Of a DNA stretch of 64,000 nt, positions 30,281 to 41,282 are shown in pieces. The position numbers were made by a program, and so were the translations under genes. The notes under the pieces were generated by a model. That model saw only the letters and a program-made list of their open reading frames with translations. It was not told where the DNA came from and searched no databases. The stretch comes from a virus. The stretch's first letter is position 1. Every line of letters starts with the position of its first letter. The stretch spans positions 1 through 64,000 of the IMG/VR virus record IMGVR_UViG_3300044591_002420. One strand, 5' to 3'.

Positions 30281-31554
30281 AACTCTTGACTGACTTTCAA
30301 CCGAGGCAATCTCAGAAAGAGGTTGTTGATATTATGAGTGAGCATAACAAACTCAGAATTATCGCACCCACTTCTGCTGGCAAGAGCTTTATGATCTTCT
30401 TGGATATCTTCAATAAGATGCAAACACAAGAAGATTCCCTTTTTGTTATTGTTTCATCCAGAATTCTTTTACTACAACAACTTTCTTCTGAGTATTCTAA
30501 ACTTATCGGTAATACTCACATTGTTCATATGCATTCTGGGGATAGTAATAATCGTAAGATCACTGATTATCTGGAGTTCGCTTATTGGTGTGAGAAAGTG
30601 AAAGGACCAAAGGTTGTCTTTGTCACTTATCACTCACTAAAGAAGATTGTTAAATCCGAAGTAGAAATTGATGCGATTTATCTTGATGAGTGTCATAATG
30701 GTGCAAAGAAACACTTTTTTGAATATGTTAAAGGTGCTGAAGCTATCTCCAAATCTCTCTATAGTTTCACTGCAACTCCTCGTTATCATGAGGATCACAA
30801 AAAGAATGGTAATAACAATGTAGAAGTTTATGGTAGCAAAGTTTATAATATTAATGCGGTAGAACTCATTAAAAATGGTTCAATTCTTCCACCTAAGATT
30901 TCACCTATCCATATTCCAGACATACGAGATAGAAAAAAGGATGTCCACGAAAGAGATTATTATACGTTGATGGATTGTATTCTCAATGAAGATAATACAG
31001 ATAGAGTTCTCATTACATGTCCTTCAACAAGATCTTTGATGGATCTTCTATGTTTGACTGATTTTATGCAAGATCTTAACGATAATGGATATGACCTATT
31101 CCATATCACATCAAAGTATGGTGCATTTCACAATAAAACAAAACTTAAGAGAACTGAGTTTCTTAAAAGAATTGAGGATTATGGTAAAGAAGATAAGAAA
31201 TTTGTGATTCTTCACTATAGTATTCTAACAGAAGGGTGGAGCAATAATTCCATTCAATCTTCTATTTTTATGCGACCTCAGAGTATGGGTGCAACGGTAC
31301 AGAATGTTGGTCGTACTTTACGATTGGGTCATACAGATATTGAGAGAATCAATAATGGCGAATTGATTCCTGGAGATTATGACAATTATGAGAAACCATA
31401 TGGTAATGTTATTGTTCCTGTTTATGAGAACACTGGTTCAAATATTCAAGAACAAGTAGAGTATGTTATTGATGAAGTGTTTGAGAGAGGTAATTATGTG
31501 TTTGATGTTATTACATCACCAAAAGAAAAAGATAAAGATAAAGAGGTGGCATGA
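30277..31554 (+). CDS. SF2 helicase (DExH/ResIII-like)
   Basis: APTSAGKS, DECH, TAT, ILTEGW, QNVGRTLR. Confidence 0.9.
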   Translation: MKLLTDFQPRQSQKEVVDIMSEHNKLRIIAPTSAGKSFMIFLDIFNKMQTQEDSLFVIVSSRILLLQQLSSEYSKLIGNTHIVHMHSGDSNNRKITDYLEFAYWCEKVKGPKVVFVTYHSLKKIVKSEVEIDAIYLDECHNGAKKHFFEYVKGAEAISKSLYSFTATPRYHEDHKKNGNNNVEVYGSKVYNINAVELIKNGSILPPKISPIHIPDIRDRKKDVHERDYYTLMDCILNEDNTDRVLITCPSTRSLMDLLCLTDFMQDLNDNGYDLFHITSKYGAFHNKTKLKRTEFLKRIEDYGKEDKKFVILHYSILTEGWSNNSIQSSIFMRPQSMGATVQNVGRTLRLGHTDIERINNGELIPGDYDNYEKPYGNVIVPVYENTGSNIQEQVEYVIDEVFERGNYVFDVITSPKEKDKDKEVA

Positions 31555-32054
31555 TGGTAGAATCTAGAAATATTTTTGATCGTTATAATGTAGCAAATAA
31601 CCCAAACACTCCACCAGAAATCCTAGAGCAACTAGCGACCGATAATGCGTCTTGGGTTCGTATTGGTGTAGCGAGAAATCCAAACACACCACCAAAAGCC
31701 CTAGAAATTCTAGCAAATGATGTGGATTATTGGATTCGTTGTGGGGTAGCACAAAATCCAAACACACCACCAAAAGTCTTAGAACAACTAGCGACCGATG
31801 AGGATTCTGGTGTTCGTGAATGTGTAGCACTAAATCCAAACACAACACAAAAAGTTCTAGAACAACTAGCTACCGATGAGTATATTAGTGTTCGTTATTG
31901 TGTAGCAAGAAATCCAAACACACCACCAAAAGTCTTAGAACAACTAGCTACCGATAAGGATTCTCTGGTTCGTCGTGGTGTTGTACAAAATTCAAACACG
32001 CCACACTTCATCAAGAAGTATCTCAAAATTCAAGAACATCTAAAAACATTATGA
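31551..32054 (+). CDS. LRV/HEAT-like repeat protein, tail class A
   Basis: Five 26-aa repeats plus FIKKYLKIQ tail. Confidence 0.9.
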   Translation: MMVESRNIFDRYNVANNPNTPPEILEQLATDNASWVRIGVARNPNTPPKALEILANDVDYWIRCGVAQNPNTPPKVLEQLATDEDSGVRECVALNPNTTQKVLEQLATDEYISVRYCVARNPNTPPKVLEQLATDKDSLVRRGVVQNSNTPHFIKKYLKIQEHLKTL

Positions 32055-32455
32055 ACAAACTTGAACAAGCTAGAGATCCAAACACATCACCCGAAATCCT
32101 AGAACAACTAGCGACCGATGAAGATTCTATTGTTCGTTGTCGGGTAGCAAGACATCCTAACACTCTACCAACAACATTAGAACTTTTAGCTACTGATAAT
32201 GATTATTGGGTTCTTTGGGATGTAACAGAACATCCAAACACTCCACCAAAAGTTTTAGAACAACTAGCGACCGATTATCGATATTGGGTTCGTTGGAACG
32301 TAGCAGAACATCCAAACACTCCACCAAAAGCCCTAGAAATTCTAGCTACCGATGAGTATATTAGTGTTCGTCTTGAAGTGGCAAGAAATCCAAGCACACC
32401 ACACTACATCAAGAAGTTCATTACCATTCAAGAACAGCTTAGGTCACTTCCATAA
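32051..32455 (+). CDS. LRV/HEAT-like repeat protein, tail class A
   Basis: Four repeats; N-terminus nearly identical to 19197, tail nearly identical to 29840. Confidence 0.9.
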   Translation: MNKLEQARDPNTSPEILEQLATDEDSIVRCRVARHPNTLPTTLELLATDNDYWVLWDVTEHPNTPPKVLEQLATDYRYWVRWNVAEHPNTPPKALEILATDEYISVRLEVARNPSTPHYIKKFITIQEQLRSLP

Positions 32456-32499
32456 CTGTCACAATAACCACGGATAACACCATAGAAATCTGCTATAGT
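32441..32499 (+). promoter_or_regulatory. palindrome plus extended -10 promoter
   Basis: AACTGTCAC ending at 32462; TGC-TATAGT at 32491-32499. Confidence 0.6.
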
Positions 32500-32521
32500 T
32501 TGTGATAATTACAAATTTCTC

Positions 32522-33265
32522 ATGTCCAACTATGTTTTTATTGGAGACGTACATTCACAATACTCTAATTTTTCTGCTGCTATTCGGTGGGTCCAGGAGA
32601 ATGTAGAGGATTATCACATCATTCAAGGTGGTGATCTTTTTGATTCACGTACACAAGAATCCGATTCATTGGGTGTCTATAATCTAGTTCGCTCTCTTGG
32701 AGATAAAATCACGGTTCTTCATTCCAATCATCATCTTAAACTCTATAAGTATCTCACCCAAGATAATAACAAAATGCAAAATATTGAGTCGCTTATGAGA
32801 ACGGTGAATGATTTTGGATTTGATACTAACGAAGAACTTAGAGATGAAGTTATAGCATGGCTGTCATCTCTTTCGTATGGAGTTGCAATTAAGGATAATG
32901 ATGGTCTTGAGTATAGAGCGTGTCATGCTTATTGGTTCTCACGTCTTTATGTACCACATGATTATGAAGGAATCTATAAGATCTTTGATGTATCTTCTAA
33001 GGCAAAGGGTCAGATGCTTTATGGTATCTCTCGTCGTGGAGTAGATGGTAATTCTGAACGAATTTTATGGTGGAATTCAACTGAACATAGGCAACACGAA
33101 ACTTTCGTAAGAGTTGCTTTCCATTATCATACTGTTTCAATTGATCTTCAAAATCGTTATCTGATTCTGGATGGATCTTGTGGAGATGATAATGGAACTT
33201 TAATTGCTTATGATGTGAACAATAAGCAATGTGTAGGTTTTCAAAGTGGCACAAGACTTTTCTAA
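32522..33265 (+). CDS. calcineurin-like metallophosphoesterase
   Basis: GDVH, GDLFD, SNHH, CHA, FHYH, LDGSC. Confidence 0.85.
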   Translation: MSNYVFIGDVHSQYSNFSAAIRWVQENVEDYHIIQGGDLFDSRTQESDSLGVYNLVRSLGDKITVLHSNHHLKLYKYLTQDNNKMQNIESLMRTVNDFGFDTNEELRDEVIAWLSSLSYGVAIKDNDGLEYRACHAYWFSRLYVPHDYEGIYKIFDVSSKAKGQMLYGISRRGVDGNSERILWWNSTEHRQHETFVRVAFHYHTVSIDLQNRYLILDGSCGDDNGTLIAYDVNNKQCVGFQSGTRLF

Positions 33266-33451
33266 ACACTTTCTAAACATGTTATGGTACTTGAAAATTG
33301 GAGAACTCAATGGCTCTTGACGCATTTTTGACTCAACTTCTTCTTGATTTGGAAGATCTTGAGAATGACATCAAATATGATCTTCCGGGTGAAAGCGTTC
33401 CTGCATCTAAGCTCAGAGACATTATTGAAAACGTGGAAGATTATCAAGAAA

Positions 33452-33604
33452 ATGAGGTATAAAGTTATCTTTCTTAAACCCAAAAAGAAGAGAGGCTTCT
33501 TTTCTATACAAGAAGCCACATTCTTTGATATTGAATCTGCATTCTTCTATCAAACAAAGATGGAACAGCTAGGTTCAAAAGATTTCAAAATCATTCCAAT
33601 TTGA
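33452..33604 (+). CDS. small conserved cyanophage-type protein
   Basis: MRYKVIFLKPKKKRGFFSIQEATFFDIESA. Confidence 0.5.
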   Translation: MRYKVIFLKPKKKRGFFSIQEATFFDIESAFFYQTKMEQLGSKDFKIIPI

Positions 33605-34061
33605 TGAGGCTTTAACAATGACTCAAACTCTAATCCGAACCGAAATGCCCCGAATTGTTGATGTTGAGCCTTATTTTGATAATAATTTTTGGTGGGCTCA
33701 GATTAGATACAGTGATGGTGGCGAGGATGTTCATGGACCTTTTGATTCTAAAGAAAAGGCTGAAGGAGTTATCTTTTGATGACTTTGAAAGCTCATTATA
33801 TCAGATCTCCGACGAGCAAGGATTTCTTTCTCCCGATCAGATGTTGATCATGGGAGTTAAAGTTCATGTTCATTTATTCGTTTCTGATTTTTTAGATCTA
33901 TTCATTTACTCAAGACTCAAACTATGAAACTCAAACCGCTTTATCCCGAACCGAAAACCGAAGAGTCATCCTCAGAAGAACGAATTATGGATTTGCTTTT
34001 AGAAGACGATGACGAACAGGAATATCCTGAATATGATGACGTTCCACCCGCAATCTGAATC

Positions 34062-34331
34062 ATGTCTGACATTCTTGAAATCATTCGTGTTGAAATTGAT
34101 TATCAACCAAAGACCTCTACTCTATGGATGAGAGTTCAGGCGCTTGTTGATAACATGGTTCTGGTTCATCATCAGACTCTATATGATCCAGAAGAATATG
34201 AACCCGCTGTATGTGTAACGGAACTGACTCTTGATGATAGTCATCCAGATGTAACTCTTAATGATGATGAAATAACAGTGATTTTGGAGGAATCTGGATG
34301 TACCTGGACCCTTTACGAAGGTGACACTTGA
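34062..34331 (+). CDS. hypothetical protein
   Basis: 89 aa acidic ORF containing QTLYDPEEYEPAVC. Confidence 0.55.
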   Translation: MSDILEIIRVEIDYQPKTSTLWMRVQALVDNMVLVHHQTLYDPEEYEPAVCVTELTLDDSHPDVTLNDDEITVILEESGCTWTLYEGDT

Positions 34332-34378
34332 AGAACTGCCACATAACCACTTGAAATTTGGAGAAAACGTGCTATGGT
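34321..34378 (+). promoter_or_regulatory. palindrome plus sigma70-like promoter
   Basis: GTGACA-N10-TGCCAC, TTGAAA, TGC-TATGGT. Confidence 0.65.
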
Positions 34379-34781
34379 CAATTTGTCGGGCGATCTATTA
34401 GATGAGGATAGTTTTCCTGAATTTCATCAGGAATTGCTAGACTCCGACACACTTAAAATTTTGGAAAATTACGAAATGGAATCTGTTATGAATTCTGTAG
34501 AAACACAACCCACTATGGGTCAACTGAATGTTGGTCCTAACAATACTTTTGAAGCCACTTTCGCTGAAGCAGGAAGTAGTGCTATTTCTTTTATGTCATA
34601 TATGAATGAACAACTTACGGTGAGATTCCGCAACTCCACACGAGAATATCAATATCTGGTTTCAGACTCAGCTCTGACTGAAATTATGGCTGAAGTTCGG
34701 GCCACTCTTGTTGATGCTGAAGGATCCGTTGGTACTCTTATTCAACGTATGACTCGTCAAAATATCATTCAACTTGTTTGA
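34374..34781 (+). CDS. KTSC-like domain protein (start probably downstream)
   Basis: SSAISFMSY...LTVRFRNSTREYQY...SVG. Confidence 0.5.
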   Translation: MVNLSGDLLDEDSFPEFHQELLDSDTLKILENYEMESVMNSVETQPTMGQLNVGPNNTFEATFAEAGSSAISFMSYMNEQLTVRFRNSTREYQYLVSDSALTEIMAEVRATLVDAEGSVGTLIQRMTRQNIIQLV

Positions 34782-34928
34782 GGAACTTATGTATCATAAA
34801 AAAATTGAAACACAGAAAGAAGCACTAGATTTTATCAGAAAGGGTGAAGTGGTAGATCTTCTTGATCGTCTTGATCGTCTTGTTGAGATGATTGGTGAAA
34901 AAGGAAGTGAAGAGTCCGAAGGAGAGAC

Positions 34929-35477
34929 TTGATGACTAAGTTCAAAAAAGGTGATATTGTTATCTCAAAAAATGGTAAATATCCAGCTAGAGTAACCGAG
35001 AATAATTCTTGGGGTGGTTATACTAATATTGTTTATTTACACAACAATTCATATAGCACTCTAGTAACAGACAATCTTATTCTTTATAATGAATCCGAAA
35101 ACATGACCACTGAAACTCAAATGCTTTATCAATTCAAAACCGAAGATGGTTCTACTGCCTACGGCACACACATTGGAACCAATTCTAAAAATCTTTGGTT
35201 AATGGAAGAAAAGGGCTCAGGTAGAGTTCTTACCATTGATCCGAAAGATGCCGAAGAGGTACTTCCTTATACCTTTAGTGTCAAAATGCGAGGTAATACT
35301 ACTCACTATATCGGTGAAGAGGGTATGGTTACCACCGGAGATGTTCTTCTATACACCGGAGGTGACCATCCTGAAATCGCTACTGTTACTGCCATTAACA
35401 CAAAAAATAAATCCGCTCGTGCCAAATTCACTGGTCGTAGAGTGGTCACCGAACAACTTACCCAAACTGCTGTATAA
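34929..35477 (+). CDS. hypothetical protein
   Basis: 182 aa ORF with KOW/SH3-like FKKGDIV start. Confidence 0.55.
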   Translation: MMTKFKKGDIVISKNGKYPARVTENNSWGGYTNIVYLHNNSYSTLVTDNLILYNESENMTTETQMLYQFKTEDGSTAYGTHIGTNSKNLWLMEEKGSGRVLTIDPKDAEEVLPYTFSVKMRGNTTHYIGEEGMVTTGDVLLYTGGDHPEIATVTAINTKNKSARAKFTGRRVVTEQLTQTAV

Positions 35478-35707
35478 TTATGATTGAACAAATGACACAA
35501 ATGACAAGAGAAGAAGAAGTTTCTCTAATTTTAGATGACATTTTTGATGGTGATAATGATTCTCAAGATCGCTGTGTTCAGCAACTTGCAGAAATGCATG
35601 ATCTTGTTTACTCGGAAATGAGCAAAGAAGAAATTGAAGAACTGATTATTGAGAACGAAGATACTCTTTATTCTCTATCAATGGCTGCTTGATATAAGCA
35701 ACTTCCT

Positions 35708-35734
35708 GAGGAGTGTCTACGGATGCTCCTCTTT
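35708..35734 (+). terminator. hairpin with cUACGg tetraloop and short T run
   Basis: GAGGAGTGTC-TACG-GATGCTCCTC-TTT. Confidence 0.55.
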
Positions 35735-35948
35735 AGTCCTTTTTGGTAATTCCTATGAAAAAAACTTATTCGCATCACACATGGCTACTATATGCTCCCA
35801 AAAAGGCCACTGAGATCTCAAATTTTTTGAATGAAAAACGTGAAGAAGGATTGATGTATGCTCCCAAAATTGTAGGAAAAAATAAATACTCGCTGGTAGA
35901 AGTTTTTGATTCTGAAGGTTATTCTTTGGGCTATTTGGGCTGATTGAT

Positions 35949-36245
35949 ATGGTTTATGATGTGGCAACTCTAGAACAACTAGAGACCGATAAGAACTCTT
36001 ATATTCGTGTGGGTGTATCAAAAAATCCAAACACACCACCAACAACATTAGAACAACTAGCGACCGATGATTATTGGTATGTTCGTTGGAATGTAGCACT
36101 ACATCCAAACACACCACCAAAAGCGCTAGAAATTCTAGTGAGCGATGAGGATCCATATGTTCGTATATGGCTAGCACAAAATCCAAACACTCCACAATAC
36201 ATCAAGAAGTATCTTAAACTTCAAGAACAACTATCTAGATTATGA
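35949..36245 (+). CDS. LRV/HEAT-like repeat protein, tail class A
   Basis: Three repeats plus YIKKYLKLQ tail. Confidence 0.88.
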   Translation: MVYDVATLEQLETDKNSYIRVGVSKNPNTPPTTLEQLATDDYWYVRWNVALHPNTPPKALEILVSDEDPYVRIWLAQNPNTPQYIKKYLKLQEQLSRL

Positions 36246-36702
36246 AGCGTTATACCGTTAGAAGTCACACTGAATCATTTCAAACAGATTCTTTAGATGA
36301 AGCACATTCTGTAATGGAATCAATGGCATCTTATTATGGATGTGCATCTATTATTGATAATACAACAAATAAGATCATAGAGGAGTGGACGGTATGAAAA
36401 CTGTCCCTTTTCGTCCCTAACCACACCTTGTCTACCCTATAGTAATTCTAGTTAAATTGACTTCATGAACATCTTAAATGACAATCAGACCAAGCTTGTT
36501 GAAAATGCTCTCATGCGCCTCAAAGCGCATCACAATCAAGTTGTTTCACGACATTATCTTGATGTTGATGCGAACGAAACAGTGCAAGCGTCTGTTGAGA
36601 TCGTTAAAGAAATTGACATTCTTCTCTCTTGTTTTTCAAATCATTCACCTCTTTACATTCTAAACGAAGATACCGACGAAAAGATTTTGGCTGATATTTT
36701 TC

Positions 36703-37164
36703 ATGATCTATAAAAACGAGGAATTTATTGTTCCTTCGGTTTCTTTTTTGAAGAATAGAATCTTGGATCAAGTTATTGCTGTAGCTATGGCTAGCAACGG
36801 TCCCAAACGAATGGGTGCAATTTTACTTAAAAAAAACAAAGTCGTCGCTGCTGCTTGTAACAACTATGAAAAATCTGATGCCTTTCAATTCAGAATCTCT
36901 AACAGAGCATCCTTGGTCTACAACAAACCAGAATACTCTAAACGAGTTTTTGGACATGCTGAAACACTTGCCATCAAACAAATCAGAAATGGTGATGCCG
37001 ACACGATTGTTGTTTGTCGTCTTTCGGGGAAGTATTCTTCCAGAAAGTTGAGAATGGCAAGACCTTGTAGAATCTGCACTCATCTAATTTTGAATTTTTA
37101 TTCGTCCATTAGACACATTCATTATTCAACTGAAAACGGATTTCTTTACGAGTATTGGCAATGA
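36703..37164 (+). CDS. cytidine/dCMP deaminase-like zinc protein
   Basis: HAE...ARPCRIC motif, GAIL, YST. Confidence 0.8.
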   Translation: MIYKNEEFIVPSVSFLKNRILDQVIAVAMASNGPKRMGAILLKKNKVVAAACNNYEKSDAFQFRISNRASLVYNKPEYSKRVFGHAETLAIKQIRNGDADTIVVCRLSGKYSSRKLRMARPCRICTHLILNFYSSIRHIHYSTENGFLYEYWQ

Positions 37165-37423
37165 AAACGATTTCACTTCTTGAGGCATACCGATTACTGA
37201 AAAAGTATCGGCATGTTATTTTTGATGAAGACACATACCGAATGAATCTTGATCTTAATGATGAGGGCCTGATCATTAAATTGAAGAATAAAGGATCCGA
37301 AAATGTTATGTTGTTCCCTTATGAATTTAATGAGAGTGTTGAAGTGAATGAAAGTGTTATTACGTTTTATGATAGAATGAAATGGCGCCACGATTTTGAA
37401 CCTCTGATGAAGGTGGATTTATT

Positions 37424-37915
37424 GTGAATGTTATTGAAAAGCTCACTCTAGCACAAAATCCAAACACACCTCCAAAAGTTCTAGAACACCTAGCGACCGA
37501 TGAAGATTCTTATGTTCGTAGTAACGTAGCACTAAATCCAAACATACCACCAAAAGCACTAGGACAACTAGCGACTGATGGGAATTATGGTGTTCGTTAT
37601 AATGTAGCACAAAATCCAAACACACCACCAAAAGCCCTAGAAATTCTAGCAAATGATGTGGATTATTGGGTTCGTGAAGAAGTAGCAAATAATCCAAATA
37701 CTCCATCAAAAGTCTTAGAACTTCTAGCGACCGATGAGGATTATAATGTTCGTTGTGTAGTAGCAAATAATCTAAACACACCACCAAAAGCCCTAGAACA
37801 ACTAGCGACTGAGGAGAATTATTATGTTCGTTATTATGTAACAAAAAATCCAAACATCCCACATTATATCAAAAAGTATATTAAAATTCAAAAACATCTT
37901 AAGACACTTTCATAA
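37424..37915 (+). CDS. LRV/HEAT-like repeat protein, tail class A
   Basis: Five repeats plus YIKKYIKIQ tail. Confidence 0.9.
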   Translation: MNVIEKLTLAQNPNTPPKVLEHLATDEDSYVRSNVALNPNIPPKALGQLATDGNYGVRYNVAQNPNTPPKALEILANDVDYWVREEVANNPNTPSKVLELLATDEDYNVRCVVANNLNTPPKALEQLATEENYYVRYYVTKNPNIPHYIKKYIKIQKHLKTLS

Positions 37916-37980
37916 CTGACCACCACTCCACCATAAATACGGTTGAGTGTGCTATTGTTTAGAAGTTGTTAAAGACACAT

Positions 37981-38054
37981 GGCCCAGTAGCTCAGCGGAT
38001 TAGAGTAGTCGGCTTCTACCCGATATGTCGCAGGTTCGAATCCTGCCTGGGTCG
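37981..38054 (+). tRNA. tRNA-Arg(TCT)
   Basis: Acceptor GGCCCAG/CTGGGTC; anticodon arm GTCGG-CTTCTAC-CCGAT; T arm GCAGG-TTCGAAT-CCTGC. Confidence 0.93.
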
Positions 38055-38494
38055 TTTAATTCGTTACCTTTATCATTTATGGAAATCTCTGACCTTGAAG
38101 ATAAAATTTCAGATCTAGATAATAAAATTGACGAACTTCGTTTTGAGCTTAACCAGCAAGTAGGATTTATTATTGGTGCTATATCTGAATTATCAGAGGA
38201 TTACATAACAACCGCGATCGTCAATAACTTATTAGCACATTCAATCCAAGAATATATCATTGATAATTATAAGAAATTTAGCAAAAAAATTGTTTCTACA
38301 ATTCTAGAATCAGAATATTTTTATGCCAATAATCTTTTCCGATATAATTATCATTCAAACATAACACACGATTCTAAAATATTAGAAGAATATCAATATT
38401 TGGAATACGTTCTAGACAATCCCAACTTAAGTCCATATAATAAAAAAGAAATTAAAAAACGTATAGCGAAACATAAAAGAGATCTCAAAAAACA

Positions 38495-39262
38495 ATGACT
38501 GAAGATGAATTGGGTAATAAGCTAAAACAACTAGAACAACAAGAAGCCGGAAGAAAAGCCGATCCTTATCTTCCTCTTATGGCAAGACTTGATGGTAACT
38601 GTTTTAGTAACTTTACAAGATCACTTGAAAGACCTTTTGATAAAAGATTTTGTGATCTTATGCTAGAAACAACAAAATACCTTGTTGAAGAAAGCGAAGC
38701 ATTATTGGGTTATTGTCAATCCGATGAGATTACTCTTTATTGGTATTTGGATAAACAAAACTTTTCTAATAGAGAATTTTGGTTTGGTGGAAAGTTTTAT
38801 AAAATTGCATCTATTTTATCATCAAAAGCTAGTTCTTTCTTCTCTGGTAATCTAGCTAATTATCTACCTGAGAAAGTCGGGGTCTATCCTGCATTTGATG
38901 CAAGAGTCTGGAGTGTTCCTGATCTTCATTGGGTTTATGAGAATTACTTATGGAGATTTAAAGATGCGAGAAAGAATTCTGTTTCCATGTATGCAAGAAA
39001 TTTCTTTTCTCATTCTCAACTTCATAAAAAATCTGGAGAGAAGATGAAAGAGATGCTAAGAGAAAATGGCACACCTTGGGAAGAATTGCCTGAATTTTTT
39101 AAGAGTGGCTCTTATGTTAAAAGACAGAGAATTTTGTTATCACTGGATGATTCTAGATGGACTGATGTTCCACTGCAATATAGACCAACAAAACCAATAG
39201 TAAGAACAGTTGTATCTCATTGGATCCCAGAAGAAACAGTAAATCCTAGCTGGTTTATGTGA
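38495..39262 (+). CDS. tRNA(His) guanylyltransferase Thg1-like (3'-5' polymerase)
   Basis: RLDG..FS.FT..L.RPFD, GYCQSDEI, FGG..KI.S, FDARV, WR..DA.KNS. Confidence 0.92.
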   Translation: MTEDELGNKLKQLEQQEAGRKADPYLPLMARLDGNCFSNFTRSLERPFDKRFCDLMLETTKYLVEESEALLGYCQSDEITLYWYLDKQNFSNREFWFGGKFYKIASILSSKASSFFSGNLANYLPEKVGVYPAFDARVWSVPDLHWVYENYLWRFKDARKNSVSMYARNFFSHSQLHKKSGEKMKEMLRENGTPWEELPEFFKSGSYVKRQRILLSLDDSRWTDVPLQYRPTKPIVRTVVSHWIPEETVNPSWFM

Positions 39263-39316
39263 CGATTATCAAACTGTCACAGCTCAATCTTGTAGAGCCT
39301 TTGGTTGTGTTAGTAT
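39259..39316 (+). promoter_or_regulatory. palindrome plus extended -10 promoter
   Basis: GTGACG-N10-TGTCAC (39259-39280); TGT-TAGTAT. Confidence 0.65.
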
Positions 39317-39711
39317 TAGTGAGTAAAACCGAAAAGATTATGATTCACTTTAAAGATTATGAAAAAGCTTCTCTTCTTTTTGTAAAAGAAGAACTTCCAC
39401 ACTTACCGCAAGTTGGTGATTATATTATATTTGATGAATTTCTTTTTATTGTAAAAGAACGGAGTTTTAATCTTACTCCGGGTGAAAATAATGTTATTAG
39501 CATCTTTATTAGTAGGTGTGAATCATGAAACCTTTTAACCCCACTTTTCATTTTTTTAAAGAAGAAGACCTTTCACACTCAACACAAGTTGGTGATTTTA
39601 TTGAATGTGATGGTGTCGTTTATAACATAGTAGATATTTTTGATTTGACACTTCACACTATTGACGATCAATCTAATAAAACCGTATCGTTCACTTTTAC
39701 TATAAACAAAA

Positions 39712-40326
39712 ATGATCTACACTGAAGACCAAGTAACAGAAATCGTCAAGCGAGTTATTAAAGAACTCCAGCCTGATATCTCGGGTTTATCGTCGAATGA
39801 AAAATATAAATTGGCTAGCGATCCTCAAACTTCAACAAAAGTTCTAGAACTTTTGGCAACAAATAATTGTATTCATTCTCGCTGTGGGGTAGCAGAAAAT
39901 CCAAACACACCTACAAAAACTCTAGAATCTCTTGCGATAGATAATCATTCTTGGGTTCGTTGGCGTGTAGCAAAAAATCTAAACACACCACCAAAAGCCC
40001 TAGAAATTCTAGCGACCGATAAGTATTCTCATGTTCGTTTGGGGGTAGCATATAATCCAAACACTCCACCAAAATCTCTAGAACTTCTAGTGACCGATAA
40101 TGAGTGGGATGTCCTTAAAGCTGTAGTACAAAATCCAAACGCAACACAAAAAACACTATTGATTTTGTCGGCAACAAATGATTACATGATTCAGCACTAT
40201 GTAGAAAAACATCCAAACTATGATCCACCCGAAACAATAACAATCACTAAAAAACAAAAACAAGCACTAAAAGATCTAATCATTTCCACACAAAATCCTA
40301 TTCTAAAGGATATTAATCTAGGTTAA
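39712..40326 (+). CDS. LRV/HEAT-like repeat protein, tail class B
   Basis: About five repeats plus HPNY..ITITKKQKQALKDLI tail. Confidence 0.88.
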   Translation: MIYTEDQVTEIVKRVIKELQPDISGLSSNEKYKLASDPQTSTKVLELLATNNCIHSRCGVAENPNTPTKTLESLAIDNHSWVRWRVAKNLNTPPKALEILATDKYSHVRLGVAYNPNTPPKSLELLVTDNEWDVLKAVVQNPNATQKTLLILSATNDYMIQHYVEKHPNYDPPETITITKKQKQALKDLIISTQNPILKDINLG

Positions 40327-40352
40327 TATTTCCCCAAATAACGAGTTCAATC

Positions 40353-40676
40353 ATGAAAAATTTCATTAAAAAATTCTTTGAAAAATGGAGAGCGAAATAT
40401 CTTGAGGAAAAAAGATTAGAAAATATTGATATTAATGCATGGCATACGTTACTATACCTAGAAGATAAGAACTCGGCTTTGGAAGTCATTAAAACAAATC
40501 ATACACCTTTTTATATTCTTGAAGTATATGCTAATGATAGTCTAGTGGAATTCCGAAAAGCTGTTGTAAACCATAATAATACCATCAAAGAAACACTTGA
40601 ACTCATGGTAAACGACGAAACTAATGAGATCAGTGAAATTGCTCAACACCGCCTTATAAATAAAATTTACCACTGA
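40353..40676 (+). CDS. divergent LRV-like protein
   Basis: TPFYILEVYANDSLVEFRKAVVNHNNT. Confidence 0.5.
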   Translation: MKNFIKKFFEKWRAKYLEEKRLENIDINAWHTLLYLEDKNSALEVIKTNHTPFYILEVYANDSLVEFRKAVVNHNNTIKETLELMVNDETNEISEIAQHRLINKIYH

Positions 40677-40687
40677 ATTGTTATCCC

Positions 40688-40933
40688 ATGACACCAACAG
40701 AACCACAACAAACTGAAAATCTAAACACACCACCGAAAATCCTAGAACAACTAGCTTCCAAAAAGGATAATGGTATCCAGTGGAAGGTAGCACTGAATTC
40801 AAACACATCACCAAAAGCCCTAGAACTACTAGCAAATGATGAGGAATTTCTTCGTCAATTCATTGTATCAAAAATTGATCTCCCTATGATAAAAATTATT
40901 AAACTATCTCCTATTATTGAAAATCTCTATTAA
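40688..40933 (+). CDS. truncated/degenerate LRV repeat protein
   Basis: NTPPKILEQLAS..VALNSNTSPKALELLAND; no conserved tail. Confidence 0.6.
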   Translation: MTPTEPQQTENLNTPPKILEQLASKKDNGIQWKVALNSNTSPKALELLANDEEFLRQFIVSKIDLPMIKIIKLSPIIENLY

Positions 40934-41282
40934 TATGACTGTTTATACAATGATACCCAAAGGAAGTTTTTGTGGTCAGGATTTTAGTTACTTTATTTGG
41001 CCCCGAAAAACAGATAATCCAAATCAGATCTTTAAGGGAACAAAAAATAAAACACTCTTCACATTAGTTGCAGATGGTTATGGCGAAAAAGGAAATTATG
41101 GAAATGGACCAATTATTGTTCACGAGTGGAACAATCAATGAAAGCTGAACTTAAAAGAAACGGTCATCTTCATCTTATTGTAGAAAGTGAGATTGAATAT
41201 TATGCTTTACAACGTTGGAGAGAAAATCAATATATCATTATTGAAGAAGTAAAACCACAAGAACATCCTGAACATTTTATCC

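Noticed and set aside
38025-38078. ORF-track start inside tRNA-Arg
   Set aside because: Overlaps the tRNA; the real start is probably the downstream ATG (MEISDLE).
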